Shown here piece after piece: positions 48,879-59,100 of a stretch of DNA of 64,000 nt. The position numbers and the translations under genes are program-made. The stretch spans positions 2,112,001 through 2,176,000 of the forward strand of contig OY759599.1 in the NCBI GenBank assembly GCA_963662465.1, read 5' to 3'. The notes beneath the pieces are model-generated. The model was not told the origin of the DNA and ran no database searches. It worked only from the letters and a program-made list of their open reading frames with translations. Source of the DNA: Desulfatiglandales bacterium (GTDB taxonomy: Bacteria; Desulfobacterota; DSM-4660; Desulfatiglandales; Desulfatiglandaceae). Numbering within the stretch: position 1 is the first letter of the stretch; every line of letters starts with the position of its first letter.

Positions 48879-49952
48879 ATGGGAGACATAGAAAAAAGTA
48901 AACGACTGACCCTGTGGTACGAAGAGTTAGTGGGAAAGGATTTTGAACTCGTCGGCAAGAAAAATGCCAATCTCGGCGAGATGATGAAAGGAGACATCCG
49001 GGTCAGTCCCGGATTTGCCTTGACCCTTTACGCCAATGACCTTTTCATCACGGAAACGGGCATCAAAAATGAACTGGAAAAGTATATTAACGCCTTAGGT
49101 GAAGTGACCTATGACAAATGCGTGGCCGCCGGCGAATTTTCGGTAAACCTGATTGAGGAAGCCGCGGTTCCAGCCATTATCGTCGATGAAGTGGGCAGTG
49201 AGTATCAAAAACTCTGTGAGATGGCGAACGTCAAAAACGTCCCTGTGGCGGTGCGATCCAGCGGCGCCGTATCCATGCCCGGCCAAATGGAAACCTACCT
49301 GAATATCCGGGGCGAAGAAGACCTCATCAAATACATCAAGAAAACCTGGTCCAGCGCCTATTTTATAGAAGCCATCACCTATCGCATGAACAAGGGAATG
49401 GGGTTTTTGTTGAACATCGGCGTCGGCATTCCGAAGATGGTCAATTCAAGGGCTTCCGGCGTCATTTTCACCCTGAATCCTCTCAACGGCGACCGTTCCA
49501 AAATTTCCGTTGACGTGAGCTATGGCCTGGGAGAGGCCGTGGTAAGCGGCCTGGTGACCCCGGACAGTTATCTGGTGGACAAGATCACCTTTACCGTGGT
49601 CAAACAGAACAAAGGCAGCAAGGAAATCCAATGCGTCTACAACGAAGACGGCAGCGATATTAAAACCACCGAGGTCCCTGAAGAAGACCGCAAAAAATTC
49701 TGTATCCCCAACGAAGAGCTGATGGAAATCTGCAAAATCGCCAAAGCCATCGATAGATACTACGGCAAACCCTACGATATTGAATTCGGCATCGACGCGG
49801 ACCTGCCCTTCCCCGAAAATGTCATTATTCTGCAGGTGCGGCCCGAATCTGTTTGGAACAAGAAAAAAGAGGTAGCCGCCAAAACCGAAGTCAAGAAAAC
49901 CGCCATGGATCGGATCATCAGTCAGTTGGTGACCGGTGTGAAAGTCAGGTAG
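48879..49952 (+). CDS. ppsB: Phenylphosphate synthase beta subunit-like protein (PPDK_N ATP-binding)
   Basis: VGKKNANLGE, VAVRSS, GQMETYLN, GLGEAVVSG, DIEFGI and LQVRPE; no His domain. Confidence 0.82.
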   Translation: MGDIEKSKRLTLWYEELVGKDFELVGKKNANLGEMMKGDIRVSPGFALTLYANDLFITETGIKNELEKYINALGEVTYDKCVAAGEFSVNLIEEAAVPAIIVDEVGSEYQKLCEMANVKNVPVAVRSSGAVSMPGQMETYLNIRGEEDLIKYIKKTWSSAYFIEAITYRMNKGMGFLLNIGVGIPKMVNSRASGVIFTLNPLNGDRSKISVDVSYGLGEAVVSGLVTPDSYLVDKITFTVVKQNKGSKEIQCVYNEDGSDIKTTEVPEEDRKKFCIPNEELMEICKIAKAIDRYYGKPYDIEFGIDADLPFPENVIILQVRPESVWNKKKEVAAKTEVKKTAMDRIISQLVTGVKVR

Positions 49953-50062
49953 GTAGAACACCCTAATCGGTCGGCCGGGCATCCCGCATCCCAGGCGGGC
50001 GCCCGACCCCCGAACCTTCTGAAGGCCATCAATCTGAAGCTACATTTCTATTCATAAAATCG

Positions 50063-50350
50063 TTAAAATAGTCTTCGTTTTAGTTTATCATAAAAAGTTT
50101 CACGGGTGCCAGTCATGACGACAACAATTAATTCGTCCTTTTCAAAAACTTCATAAATGATTCTGTAAGATGAGCCTTTTAGCGAAAAATGATAGGAACG
50201 CAGTCCCTTAAAACCATAACCCAACTCTTGAGATTGAAAAGGGTTTTCACGGATATTTTTAAAATGAACCGTCTCGATCTCTTTTACAACTTCATGAGAA
50301 AGTTTTTGCATATCTTTTCTGACGGCCCTAACTGTTTTGATTTCAAACAT
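50063..50350 (-). CDS. RelE/ParE family toxin
   Basis: GLRSYHF...SYRIIYEV...GTRETFY. Confidence 0.85.
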   Translation of the reverse strand: MFEIKTVRAVRKDMQKLSHEVVKEIETVHFKNIRENPFQSQELGYGFKGLRSYHFSLKGSSYRIIYEVFEKDELIVVVMTGTRETFYDKLKRRLF

Positions 50351-50552
50351 TTAAAATATCTCCGAAAAGTTCATCTTCTGAAATAAGTTTCCCCTTTTTC
50401 ATTTCAAAAATTGCCTGTTTTCTCCTTTTCATTAGTTCATCCGCAAGCTTTTCATCCGCCATTATAGCAAGCGTTTCTTTCTCAGCATCACTGAGATTTC
50501 CAATTGCTTTAAGGATTTGAAATGGTGTTATTATGGAATTTGATATTTGCAT
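50343..50552 (-). CDS. Cognate antitoxin of the RelE/ParE toxin
   Basis: 69 aa, ETLAIMAD...GKLISEDELF; overlaps the toxin start. Confidence 0.7.
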   Translation of the reverse strand: MQISNSIITPFQILKAIGNLSDAEKETLAIMADEKLADELMKRRKQAIFEMKKGKLISEDELFGDILNV

Positions 50553-50640
50553 TTTAGTTAACCTCGCTTTTAAAGGTTCTTAAGATTTTGTTATTATGAT
50601 GCCATGCACACTGCAAAATAATCAGCGTAATCTAAATGAG

Positions 50641-50668
50641 GGATATCACCCCGTTTAGGTGAGCTCAT
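50641..50668 (-). pseudogene. Possible stub of a MazF/PemK toxin
   Basis: ATGA-coupled to the upstream gene. Reads MSSPKRGDI (MazF-like N-terminus), then loses similarity and stops. Confidence 0.45.
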
Positions 50669-50925
50669 TCCCAACCCTCCAAAGCAATTGGCTCCCATTC
50701 TTCATTGACAGAGCAGTCTTCAGGTTCTGCCTCAGAGCATGCTTCGGCTAATTTTATATCTATTGCTATTCGTTTTAGCTCTTTTATGTAAATCTTACAA
50801 GCTCGATCTAAAAAGTCTTCCCTGGTTTTGAAAGGGTTAACCTCGTCTATCTCTTCAAGTAAGCTCTTTTCAAATAATACGGTGGTTTTTACTTTAGGGC
50901 TTCCCGTGCTATAGTGCGGCTTCAT
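50665..50925 (-). CDS. Ribbon-helix-helix antitoxin-like protein
   Basis: KTTVLFEKSLLEEID...TREDFLDRA with an acidic tail EEWEPIALEGWE. Confidence 0.6.
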   Translation of the reverse strand: MKPHYSTGSPKVKTTVLFEKSLLEEIDEVNPFKTREDFLDRACKIYIKELKRIAIDIKLAEACSEAEPEDCSVNEEWEPIALEGWE

Positions 50926-50952
50926 GGATTAGCCTCCTACCATCCATCTGAA

Positions 50953-50990
50953 AATGAGTACTATTATACTTCTCATTGACCACCCGTCAA
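50953..50990 (-). promoter_or_regulatory. sigma70 promoter with an overlapping palindromic operator
   Basis: TTGACG-N16-TATAAT on the minus strand; ATGAG...CTCAT dyad spans the -10 element. Confidence 0.6.
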
Positions 50991-51048
50991 TATTATTTCC
51001 AACGGGGTTCAATGACCCAAGGGATTTAATCGAAAGGAAACTAATAAT

Positions 51049-53457
51049 TTGAGATATCTGATCCATTTCGAAGATGAGGTTGCCCTGGATCCCAGTGTGG
51101 TAGGGCATAAATTTGCGTCCCTGGCACGGGCGAAGCGTTCGGGATTTGATATTCCTTCAGCCGTTGCCATCAGGGTTGAAGCAAACGAATTTTACCGCCG
51201 GAAGAAATTCCGGCCCAAAGACCTTCAGCGCGAAATCAAGGACGTGGTCAGAGAAATCGGTCTTTCCAAAGGCGTTTCGGTACGGTCATCATCCACACAA
51301 GAGGATCTTGAGGGAAAAAGCTTTGCCGGCCAATACGAAACCTTTCTTGATATACGGGATGAAGATAATTTATGGGATAAGATTGAAAAATGCTGGAAAA
51401 GCGCTGAATCGCAACTTGTTTTTGACTATATTGATGATCCGGCGGACAGAAATGAAACCCCGCCCATGTCTGTCATGATTCAAAGGATGGTTCATGCCAA
51501 AGCGGCCGGGGTTGCGTTCAGCCGGAATCCCATGTACCCACTGAGAGACGAGGTGGTCGTCGAAGGCGTCCTCGGTTTGGGCGATAAGCTGGTCAGCGGC
51601 CATGTCACCCCGTATCGAGTCTTTGTTAAAAGCGGCAGCATCGTGAAAGATAAAACCACATCCCAAATTGACAAATCAGACGGTATGATCCTGGAAAATA
51701 TAAAGTGGCGGGAAATCGCGGCATTGGCCAAAAAGGCCGAGGCGCATGCGGGCGGGAAACCGCAGGACATCGAATGGGCCATTGACGGCAACAGCATGCT
51801 GTGGCTTCTCCAGTCTCGCCCCATTACGACCATTACTAAGACGAATACCAAGGCCCCTATCGGCGCCTGGACGCGAAAGATTGCCGAGGATCTTTGGGCG
51901 GACCGGCTCACGCCCTTACTGGCCGATGCCATGCTTAGAAATGCACCCCGGTTCGATCTCTCAAAGAACTCGGAATTCCTAAAGGTTCCAGTCATTAAGC
52001 CGGCCATGTCCGTCATCAACGGATTCCTTTACGTCAACTGTGAAAGCCTTAAACAGGTTCTGAGCCTGGTTCCGAATAAACTCCGCATCAATGAACTTCG
52101 AAGCCTGTTTCCGCCGGGATTCGAAATCGATGCCGTACCGCCGCCCTCCATCAAAAAGCTGCTTCTATTTGCGGTCCGGGCAATATGCCTCGGTGTTCTG
52201 CAGCCCCAGGGGAACCCGCTATTTTGCCGACATCTCTCCCGCTTGCACCTGAAAAAGCTGAAAGAGAATCTAAACAGAATTGAGCGCTTACCCGATGCCA
52301 CGGCCGCGCAGGCACTCAAAAAAACCAAGGAGTCTATCGAATGCCTCGCGCTTCTTCAGGAAAAAAACCAGTGGCCCTATCTTTACGCCACGGTTTTCAC
52401 CTGGGCGTTGAGATGGGTGGTTATGGACCTGGGAGGGCTGTCGTACTCAGATTTCCTTTGCCTTCTGAGTGCAAACACCGACAATATTACCACCAATATC
52501 GAACTTGAGATGAGGAAACTGACGGAATCGGTTAAAAATAACGAGACGGTTCTTGAAAGGTTTTTAAACCGAAGCCCTGAACAACTTGTGGGGTCTCTCC
52601 CTCGCCCACTCCAGGAAAAATTCGACATTTTCCTTTCGAAATACGGGTGTCGCGCCCGCCATAGAACCCTTTACCTGAAACGATGGGCGGAAGCGCCGGA
52701 GGAGGTTCTCGGGATGATGGCAGCCCTTCTCGGAAATCCGGTGAAAGGGGGTAAGGCGGAAAACGCCAGGCCTGACGACCCCGTGATGATCATACGGCGG
52801 AAATTGCCATGGCGCCTCCGTTTCGTACTCCGACCTCTTTTAAAATTTACCTGCAATTTTTTAAATCTGCGGGAAGATCTAAGATTTTTGCTCGACAAGA
52901 TTCTCTACCTTGTCAGGCAATCCGTGATAACCCTTGGAAAACATACGGGCCTCGGTGAAGGCGTCCTGTTTCTGACCCAATCCGAATTGGACCAGGTGGT
53001 TGACGGCAGTATCGATTTTAAAGATGCAAGGCTGTTGGCCGATGCCGGGCGCGATGCATTCCTGAAGCAATCCGATGTTTACACGTTTTATATTGACGGC
53101 AGGCCAATGGATGAACTCCCGTCAAACGCAAAAATCATGCGGGGCATTGGAACCAGTCCCGGCAGGGCAACGGGAAGGGCCAGAATCGTGGATGATCCAA
53201 CAAAACACCCTATTCAAAAAGGGGATATCCTGGTTGCCAAAAATACCGATCCCGGCTGGACGCCCATCTTACGGATCGTCAGCGGGATCGTTGTCGAAGA
53301 AGGGGGGATACTGAACCACTGCTCTATCGTGGCCCGGGAACTGGGAATCCCGGCGGTTGTCGGCGTCCGACAGGCCACCCGAAAAATACCGGAAAACGCC
53401 CTTATTACCATCGACGGGGGCTTTGGCGCCGTTCAAATGGCACAGGATGCCTCGTAA
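51049..53457 (+). CDS. PPDK_N plus swivel phospho-His phosphotransferase (rifampicin phosphotransferase-like architecture)
   Basis: VRSSSTQED, SFAGQYET, DIEWA and LQSRPIT; C-terminal TDPGWTP and GGILNHCSIVARELGIP. Confidence 0.85.
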   Translation: MRYLIHFEDEVALDPSVVGHKFASLARAKRSGFDIPSAVAIRVEANEFYRRKKFRPKDLQREIKDVVREIGLSKGVSVRSSSTQEDLEGKSFAGQYETFLDIRDEDNLWDKIEKCWKSAESQLVFDYIDDPADRNETPPMSVMIQRMVHAKAAGVAFSRNPMYPLRDEVVVEGVLGLGDKLVSGHVTPYRVFVKSGSIVKDKTTSQIDKSDGMILENIKWREIAALAKKAEAHAGGKPQDIEWAIDGNSMLWLLQSRPITTITKTNTKAPIGAWTRKIAEDLWADRLTPLLADAMLRNAPRFDLSKNSEFLKVPVIKPAMSVINGFLYVNCESLKQVLSLVPNKLRINELRSLFPPGFEIDAVPPPSIKKLLLFAVRAICLGVLQPQGNPLFCRHLSRLHLKKLKENLNRIERLPDATAAQALKKTKESIECLALLQEKNQWPYLYATVFTWALRWVVMDLGGLSYSDFLCLLSANTDNITTNIELEMRKLTESVKNNETVLERFLNRSPEQLVGSLPRPLQEKFDIFLSKYGCRARHRTLYLKRWAEAPEEVLGMMAALLGNPVKGGKAENARPDDPVMIIRRKLPWRLRFVLRPLLKFTCNFLNLREDLRFLLDKILYLVRQSVITLGKHTGLGEGVLFLTQSELDQVVDGSIDFKDARLLADAGRDAFLKQSDVYTFYIDGRPMDELPSNAKIMRGIGTSPGRATGRARIVDDPTKHPIQKGDILVAKNTDPGWTPILRIVSGIVVEEGGILNHCSIVARELGIPAVVGVRQATRKIPENALITIDGGFGAVQMAQDAS

Positions 53458-53642
53458 CATTTTATGGGAACAACGATGATCTGGTCGGAAAATTGATATT
53501 TTTCCCTTCCGCCTCTGGTTTATACCGGCATACGCCTTAAAAAGAGCCGCCCCCAGTGGGCGAACAGGTTCGTTGACAGGCCCCGCCCCTTCGACATATA
53601 GTCTTGGAACACGCCGACAACACGATACGGGGGCTGTGCGCC

Positions 53643-53759
53643 ATGATCAAATTTCCTTACGGAATGGCGGATTTTAGAAAAATCATCACCCAGAGATATT
53701 TTTATGCCGATCTCACCCGGACCATTCCTTTGGCGGATGCTTTGGAAGATAAGAGTTGA
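53643..53759 (+). pseudogene. N-terminal stub of an AAA-ATPase-like (PD-(D/E)XK-associated) protein
   Basis: MIKFPYGMADFRKIITQRYFYAD followed by an early stop. Confidence 0.55.
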
Positions 53760-53765
53760 AAGTAC

Positions 53766-54724
53766 ATGGCAACGGATAAACGCAATTTGGAATTAGACAG
53801 GCTGGTAACTTTTTTTGAGCAGACGCAGAGCGCCATGCAGCGGCAGGCTGCCAGGTCGGTGGATGTTGCTCTGGTGGTGCGAAACTGGCTTTTCGGCCGG
53901 CATATTGTTGAGTTTGAAAATGGAGGGGCTGAACGTGCTGAATTGTATGGAAAAAAGCTGATAAAGAAGCTTTCCGACAAACTTACTCGACAATTAGGGA
54001 AAGGGTTTTCTAAACGGTCTCTTGAGCAATACCGTAAATTCTATTTGAGCTACAAAGAGATTGTGCAGGCACTGCCTGCGCAATCTCTAGAGACGAAGTA
54101 AAGAAATTATCCGCCAAAGGGCAAATTGTCGACAAACCCGCGGATGTAATCAAAAATCCATACATCCTTGAGTTCACAGGGCTGGAGGAACGAACATCCT
54201 ACAGCGAGCATGATCTGGAAACGGCCATTATCGACAAAATTGAGCATTTCCTCCTGGAGCTGGGCAAAGGGTTCTTGTTCGAATCCCGTCAAAAAAGGTT
54301 CTCGTTCGATAACCGGCACTTCTTTGTGGATCTGGTTTTTTACAATCGTCTTTTGCGAGCCTATGTGTTCATTGACCTCAAAATTGGTGATCTAAAACAC
54401 CAGGATTTGGGCCAGATGCAGATGTATGTGAATTATTTTGATCGATTCGTAAAACTTGAAGATGAAAAACCTACAGTTGGAATCCTCCTCTGCCTCAGTA
54501 GGAGTAATGAACTGGTTGAATTAACCCTCCCAAAAAACTCAAATATCTACGCCTCAGAATACCAGCTTTATCTCCCCTCAAAAGAGGACCTTCGTAAACA
54601 ATTGGAAGAAGCACAGAAAGATTGGGTCATGGCTGCAGGGAAGCCGCACAGGAAAAATCACGAAAGGCATCACCATGAATCAACTCACCACCAACCACCT
54701 ACTCAAACACTTGACCCAACTTGA
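53766..54724 (+). pseudogene. YhcG/DUF1016 PD-(D/E)XK nuclease with an internal deletion and frameshift near 54090
   Basis: N part RNWLFGRHIVEFE...GKGFS; C part in another frame KNPYILEF...LLELGKGF...DLVFYNR...IDLK...GQMQMY. The middle segment is missing. Confidence 0.8.
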
Positions 54725-54878
54725 AGCGATTTCCTCTCTCGAAGTAAGGGAGGTAAAAAAAACATCCCGAAACGGACAAAACACAATTCCCAAAAAAATG
54801 AGGAAGTCTTTGATCCATCAGAGTTCCTGGTAAATGACCTTTACGCAACTTAACTGTTTGAAATCGTTATACTGGAGC

Positions 54879-57413
54879 TTCTCATAATTTCGTGTGCATT
54901 TCAGATTTTAGTGCAGCGTAACTAGCTGAAAATATTAGGTGGGGCAAAATATTTTTTTATTGACAAATGAAAACTGAAAAATTATCTTCAGACCATGATT
55001 GTCAAAACAGAAAAAATTAGCGACCTATCCATATGGACCGAGCGGGATTGGAAGGAAAAAATCACTGTTACGGTTTATCATGAGTATCGTCCTGTCGTCA
55101 GTTTCGATCCTGGGAAGATAAATGATAGGAGACTCGCTGCCGTACAACTTGTCGAGCTTGGTTATTGTAAAAACCGGGTTGCCGGTAAAATCTGTGGGTT
55201 TCACCGCAATACGGTTGGCAAACTGCTTCGCACCAAAAGACTTTTAGGTGTTGAGGCCATATTTGAGGACAACCGTGGTCCCAAGGCTCCCTGGAAATAT
55301 ATTGGCAGCATTCGCAAAACCATCAAAAAACTTATCCGCGAGAATCCTGACTGGACTGACCAGCAGATTGCAAATGCCGCGGAAAAGCAAACTGAAACGA
55401 CTATTTCGAGAAGTGCTGTAGCTCGTATCAGAACCGCGGACCAAGATGCAGAAACTGAAAAGCCTACAAAGCATGACTTGGAGCAACTGGCTAAAATTGC
55501 GGATAGTATTGATTTGAAGCAACACGACGAGCGACAGCTTTCTTTCAACTTTGAGGCTGATTCTGAGTTCAAAAAGAAGGTAGATGAATTTGCTGATGAG
55601 GATACACCCAAGCCACAAACCGATACAGATAAAGTATTCCTGGATTATCTTCAACAGGGACAACGCAATGTCTTTGCCGGCATGCTTCTTCACCATCTGT
55701 TTTTAGATCATATCAACTTCCCAAATGCCTTTGATTTGCCTTCTTATTCCAATAATATGTATGATAATTATGAAGTGATGGAAACTGTCCTTTTCGGGTT
55801 GAACATCGGGTTGCCATCTATCGAATCCCATAAGCTGGTCAACAGTAGGGACATGGGGCTTTTGCTGGGACGAACCAGTTCCCCCGATGAGACCACTATT
55901 CGGTTGCGTTTAAAACAGATGGCCGAGTTCAAGCCCTCAGAGAGCCTGATAGATTATTTCGCAAACCTGTTTCTATCGTTGGGGTTCATCAACCCAGAGG
56001 TGTTTTTTATCGATGGGCACTTCCTTCCCTATTATGGACTGAAAGTTCTATCCAAAGGCTACCATACCGTGAGACGAATTGTCATGAAAGGAAACGAGAT
56101 TTATGTTGTCAGCGACCTTGACGGGAAGCCTTTCTTTTCAATTACCGAAGGGTGTGATATCGATTTCAGGCCGATCATCATAAGAGCGGCCGACAAGATA
56201 ATCAGCCTGGGTGTCGACCGCCCCATTGTGGTTTTTGATCGCGGTGGTTATGGTGTTCACTTTTTCAGTCAATTATCGACAAGGGCTGACTTTATTACGT
56301 GGGCCAGGTATGTGAAAAAAGATGAATTGAAAGACTTGGAATATACGAGCTGCTTGATGTTTAATGGGAAAAGATATCTCATTGCCGAGAAAACAAAACT
56401 GATTCGTGAATCGATTTCTACAGCTGCCAAAGAAGGCCGAACAGAGGCAACTTCGACAGAAGTACGTATGGTTGTTTTCAAGGAATTGGACAAGGATAGA
56501 CCTGTAGCAATATATACCAGCAATCATCAAAAGCCTGCTCCTGATATTGCTGCATATATGCTTTCACGATGGGGAGAGTCTGAAAACTTTTTCAAAGAGA
56601 TGATGTCCCTGTACAACTTCAATTATCATCCCGGCTATGATCTTAAAGAACTTGAAGAACAGCCCCTCGTAGATAATCCTGAGGTAAAAACAATCAAAAA
56701 GACGATCAAGGGAATTAAACAAAAGATGGGGCAATTGGCGCTTGCAAAACAACAAACAGAGTCCAAAATAGAAGCACGAAAAGATCTTCGTCTTGAAAAA
56801 AAGCTAAACACGTTCCAGGAAGAGATAGAGAAATACGACAAAGAGCTTGACGGCTTTCAGGCAGCCTTAAAAGAAATGCCTGACAAAGTATCGATAATTG
56901 AAGTGCTGAAAGGCAGACCAATGAACAAGGCAGATCTGGAGAAAAAGAAGCTCTACGACCTGATACAAATGATTGCCTTTCACTCACGCGAGCATCTGGT
57001 TGGCCTGTTCCGTTCATGTTATGATGATCCGCGGGATGTGAAACAGATCCTGACAAAGGTCACAAAACTCCCTGGTTATGTGAAATTAGTCGGGAAAACA
57101 CTTGTTGTGCTTTTAGATTGGATAGAGGACAAAAAGCATCGGAAGGCAGCAACAAGATTTTGCCATCTGATAAACACTATGTCGCCCAAATTGAGAGGTC
57201 GCATGGAGTTCGACCTTTATTTTCGCATCTCCTCAATCCCTCAAGTGGGTTATTGCTGTTAAAGCCTTGCTCATCGTTTCAGCCATCCTACGCAGGGTAT
57301 CGTGTTTCGACCACATGTAGGGGCGCCCAGTTTAAAAAAAGGGTCTTTCGCCCTAATGGCCGAAACAATGATCAAGGCCGCTGTTGAACTAAGTGCACAA
57401 TTTGAATTGAGAA
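54879..57413 (+). mobile_element. Large IS, family unassigned
   Basis: Imperfect terminal inverted repeat TTCTCA-N8-TGTGCA at 54879-54901 and 57391-57413 brackets the transposase. No target duplication found. Confidence 0.45.
54995..57262 (+). CDS. 755-aa DDE transposase with N-terminal HTHs and a coiled-coil insertion
   Basis: FFIDGH, VVFDRGGY and RWGESENFFK. Confidence 0.8.
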   Translation: MIVKTEKISDLSIWTERDWKEKITVTVYHEYRPVVSFDPGKINDRRLAAVQLVELGYCKNRVAGKICGFHRNTVGKLLRTKRLLGVEAIFEDNRGPKAPWKYIGSIRKTIKKLIRENPDWTDQQIANAAEKQTETTISRSAVARIRTADQDAETEKPTKHDLEQLAKIADSIDLKQHDERQLSFNFEADSEFKKKVDEFADEDTPKPQTDTDKVFLDYLQQGQRNVFAGMLLHHLFLDHINFPNAFDLPSYSNNMYDNYEVMETVLFGLNIGLPSIESHKLVNSRDMGLLLGRTSSPDETTIRLRLKQMAEFKPSESLIDYFANLFLSLGFINPEVFFIDGHFLPYYGLKVLSKGYHTVRRIVMKGNEIYVVSDLDGKPFFSITEGCDIDFRPIIIRAADKIISLGVDRPIVVFDRGGYGVHFFSQLSTRADFITWARYVKKDELKDLEYTSCLMFNGKRYLIAEKTKLIRESISTAAKEGRTEATSTEVRMVVFKELDKDRPVAIYTSNHQKPAPDIAAYMLSRWGESENFFKEMMSLYNFNYHPGYDLKELEEQPLVDNPEVKTIKKTIKGIKQKMGQLALAKQQTESKIEARKDLRLEKKLNTFQEEIEKYDKELDGFQAALKEMPDKVSIIEVLKGRPMNKADLEKKKLYDLIQMIAFHSREHLVGLFRSCYDDPRDVKQILTKVTKLPGYVKLVGKTLVVLLDWIEDKKHRKAATRFCHLINTMSPKLRGRMEFDLYFRISSIPQVGYCC

Positions 57414-57544
57414 AAAACGTCATTTACTATGATGTCTGTAGTGTGATAAGACATCTAACCCCGCTTTCTCAATTGCAACGTGAAATTCTAAAACACTTTG
57501 GACTTAGCGCTTCTATATACGATAATTTAGAAGTTATGCAATAG
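57414..57544 (+). pseudogene. C-terminal remnant of another transposase (IS1634-like)
   Basis: RHLTPLSQLQREILKHFGLSASIY resembles IS1634-type C-termini. Confidence 0.45.
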
Positions 57545-57893
57545 TAGAATGTTATCGTCATAGCCCTTATAGGTTGTCACAATTGAAATACAGATTTTAC
57601 GACAATTCATATCATTGTTGGAGATATGGAACGATGGTGTTTTACGCACAATCCATTCCATTTTCTGCCCTATTGTGTTGTTCCAATATTCGACGTGTGT
57701 TATTTTTCAGGCTTTACTAACCCATGGATGCATGTTGCTCAAAAAGACTCCTGGTAGGCTTTCCGGAAATAGCTTTTCCCCCTGCCAAGAGAGGTACCCG
57801 CTACCAGATTTCGAAATTAATCGAAGTGCAAATTTAAAACGCGAACGATAAGCTATCACTGTCACTTAGAAAACTGGGGCTGCAGGTCGCCCC

Positions 57894-58262
57894 TTAAAAC
57901 TCCCCCGAATCCATCGCCCTCCTCACGGCCCCGGCCAGGTCGCTTCCGATCAAAGGCTTCATGATGTAAGCCTTTATGCCCAGATCCCCGGCCCTTTTCC
58001 CGCTCATCTTATGACTGAACCCGCTGCACAGGATCACGGGGATATCCGATCGAATTTTCATGAGTTCCCGTGCCAATTGTTCGCCGGTCATGCCGGGCAT
58101 GTTCATGTCCGTAATCACCAGATCGAATTAATCCGGCGTGTCCTTGAAAAGTTCAAAGGCCTCCACGGGGTTCGTCCTTGCCTCGACACGGTAACCCAGT
58201 GGTTCCAATATCCGCTTTCCCAGTTTCGCAATGGTCAACTCATCATCCACAAAGAGAATCCG
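57894..58262 (-). pseudogene. Receiver-domain remnant of a hybrid kinase with an in-frame stop
   Basis: RILFVDDE...KDTPD*FDLVITDMNMP; TAA at 58128-58130; 5' part missing. Confidence 0.75.
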
Positions 58263-58337
58263 CAAGCGGTAAGCCTTTCGGTAAGCAGAGGACTTCGGAT
58301 TGCATTAGAAAATCACTATGAGATTGGGAACTTATAA
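58260..58337 (+). pseudogene. Possible 3' remnant of a RAYT-type transposase
   Basis: AVSLSVSRGLRIALENHY resembles the C-terminal HTH tail of that family and is followed by an AACGTGCCC motif. Confidence 0.45.
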
Positions 58338-58453
58338 ACTGACGAACGTGCCCGTGCCCCAACCCTTTTTTTCATAGCAAAACCATGTGAGACATGCTAT
58401 GAAAACTTATGGCTGTCGAGTTAATGACTTAATAAGCATAAGGAAGGTGTAAA

Positions 58454-58660
58454 ATGGAATCAATAGAGTTCACTGCGGATATTCAAAACGGGATTATCAA
58501 ACTCCCTGATGAATACAAAAATCTACCGAAAAAAGCAAAAATTAAAATTATGTTTATTCCTTATGAAGTTCAAAAAAGAAAATTAGATAGTCTTTTCGAT
58601 AGCGCCGTCCGGGTTAATAAAATAGATAAATTTGACAGGGATTCCTTACATGAAAGATAG
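58454..58660 (+). CDS. Antitoxin of a PIN/VapC module
   Basis: EFTADIQNGIIKLP...FDRDSLHER; overlaps the PIN gene. Confidence 0.7.
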   Translation: MESIEFTADIQNGIIKLPDEYKNLPKKAKIKIMFIPYEVQKRKLDSLFDSAVRVNKIDKFDRDSLHER

Positions 58661-59078
58661 GATTTTTATAGATACCAATGTGTTGGTGTATATCCATTTA
58701 TTTGACAAAGAGAGTCAAGACAAAAGAAAAGCATTGCAGAATCTTATGCACAGGAGGATTGATGCTGAATTAATTATTAATGTGCAGGTAATAAATGAAT
58801 TTTATAATGTCCTTTTAAGAAAAAATATTGAAGATAATGTAATACAGAAAAAGATACATTCACAATTGGAAATATGCTTAACTTCCGAGTTAAGTTTAAA
58901 AACTGTTTTCAGCGCATGGGAATTAAGAGAAAAATACAAATATTCTTATTGGGACAGCTTGATATTAGCATCAGCTTTGGAAAACAGTTGTTCAATTATC
59001 TATTCAGAAGATATGCAACACGGCCAGGTCATAGAGGATAATTTGAAGATTATAAATCCCTTTGAAATAAGTTTATAA
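58650..59078 (+). CDS. PIN-domain (VapC-like) toxin
   Basis: FIDTNVLVY, QVINEF, YWDSLI, YSEDMQHG and INPF. Confidence 0.9.
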   Translation: MKDRIFIDTNVLVYIHLFDKESQDKRKALQNLMHRRIDAELIINVQVINEFYNVLLRKNIEDNVIQKKIHSQLEICLTSELSLKTVFSAWELREKYKYSYWDSLILASALENSCSIIYSEDMQHGQVIEDNLKIINPFEISL

Positions 59079-59100
59079 GTTTACAACGTCCCCATGCACA

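Noticed and set aside
50602..50613. 12-bp match CCATGCACACTG shared with 59092-59103
   Set aside because: Both lie near TA junctions, but a single 12-mer match in 64 kb can arise by chance.
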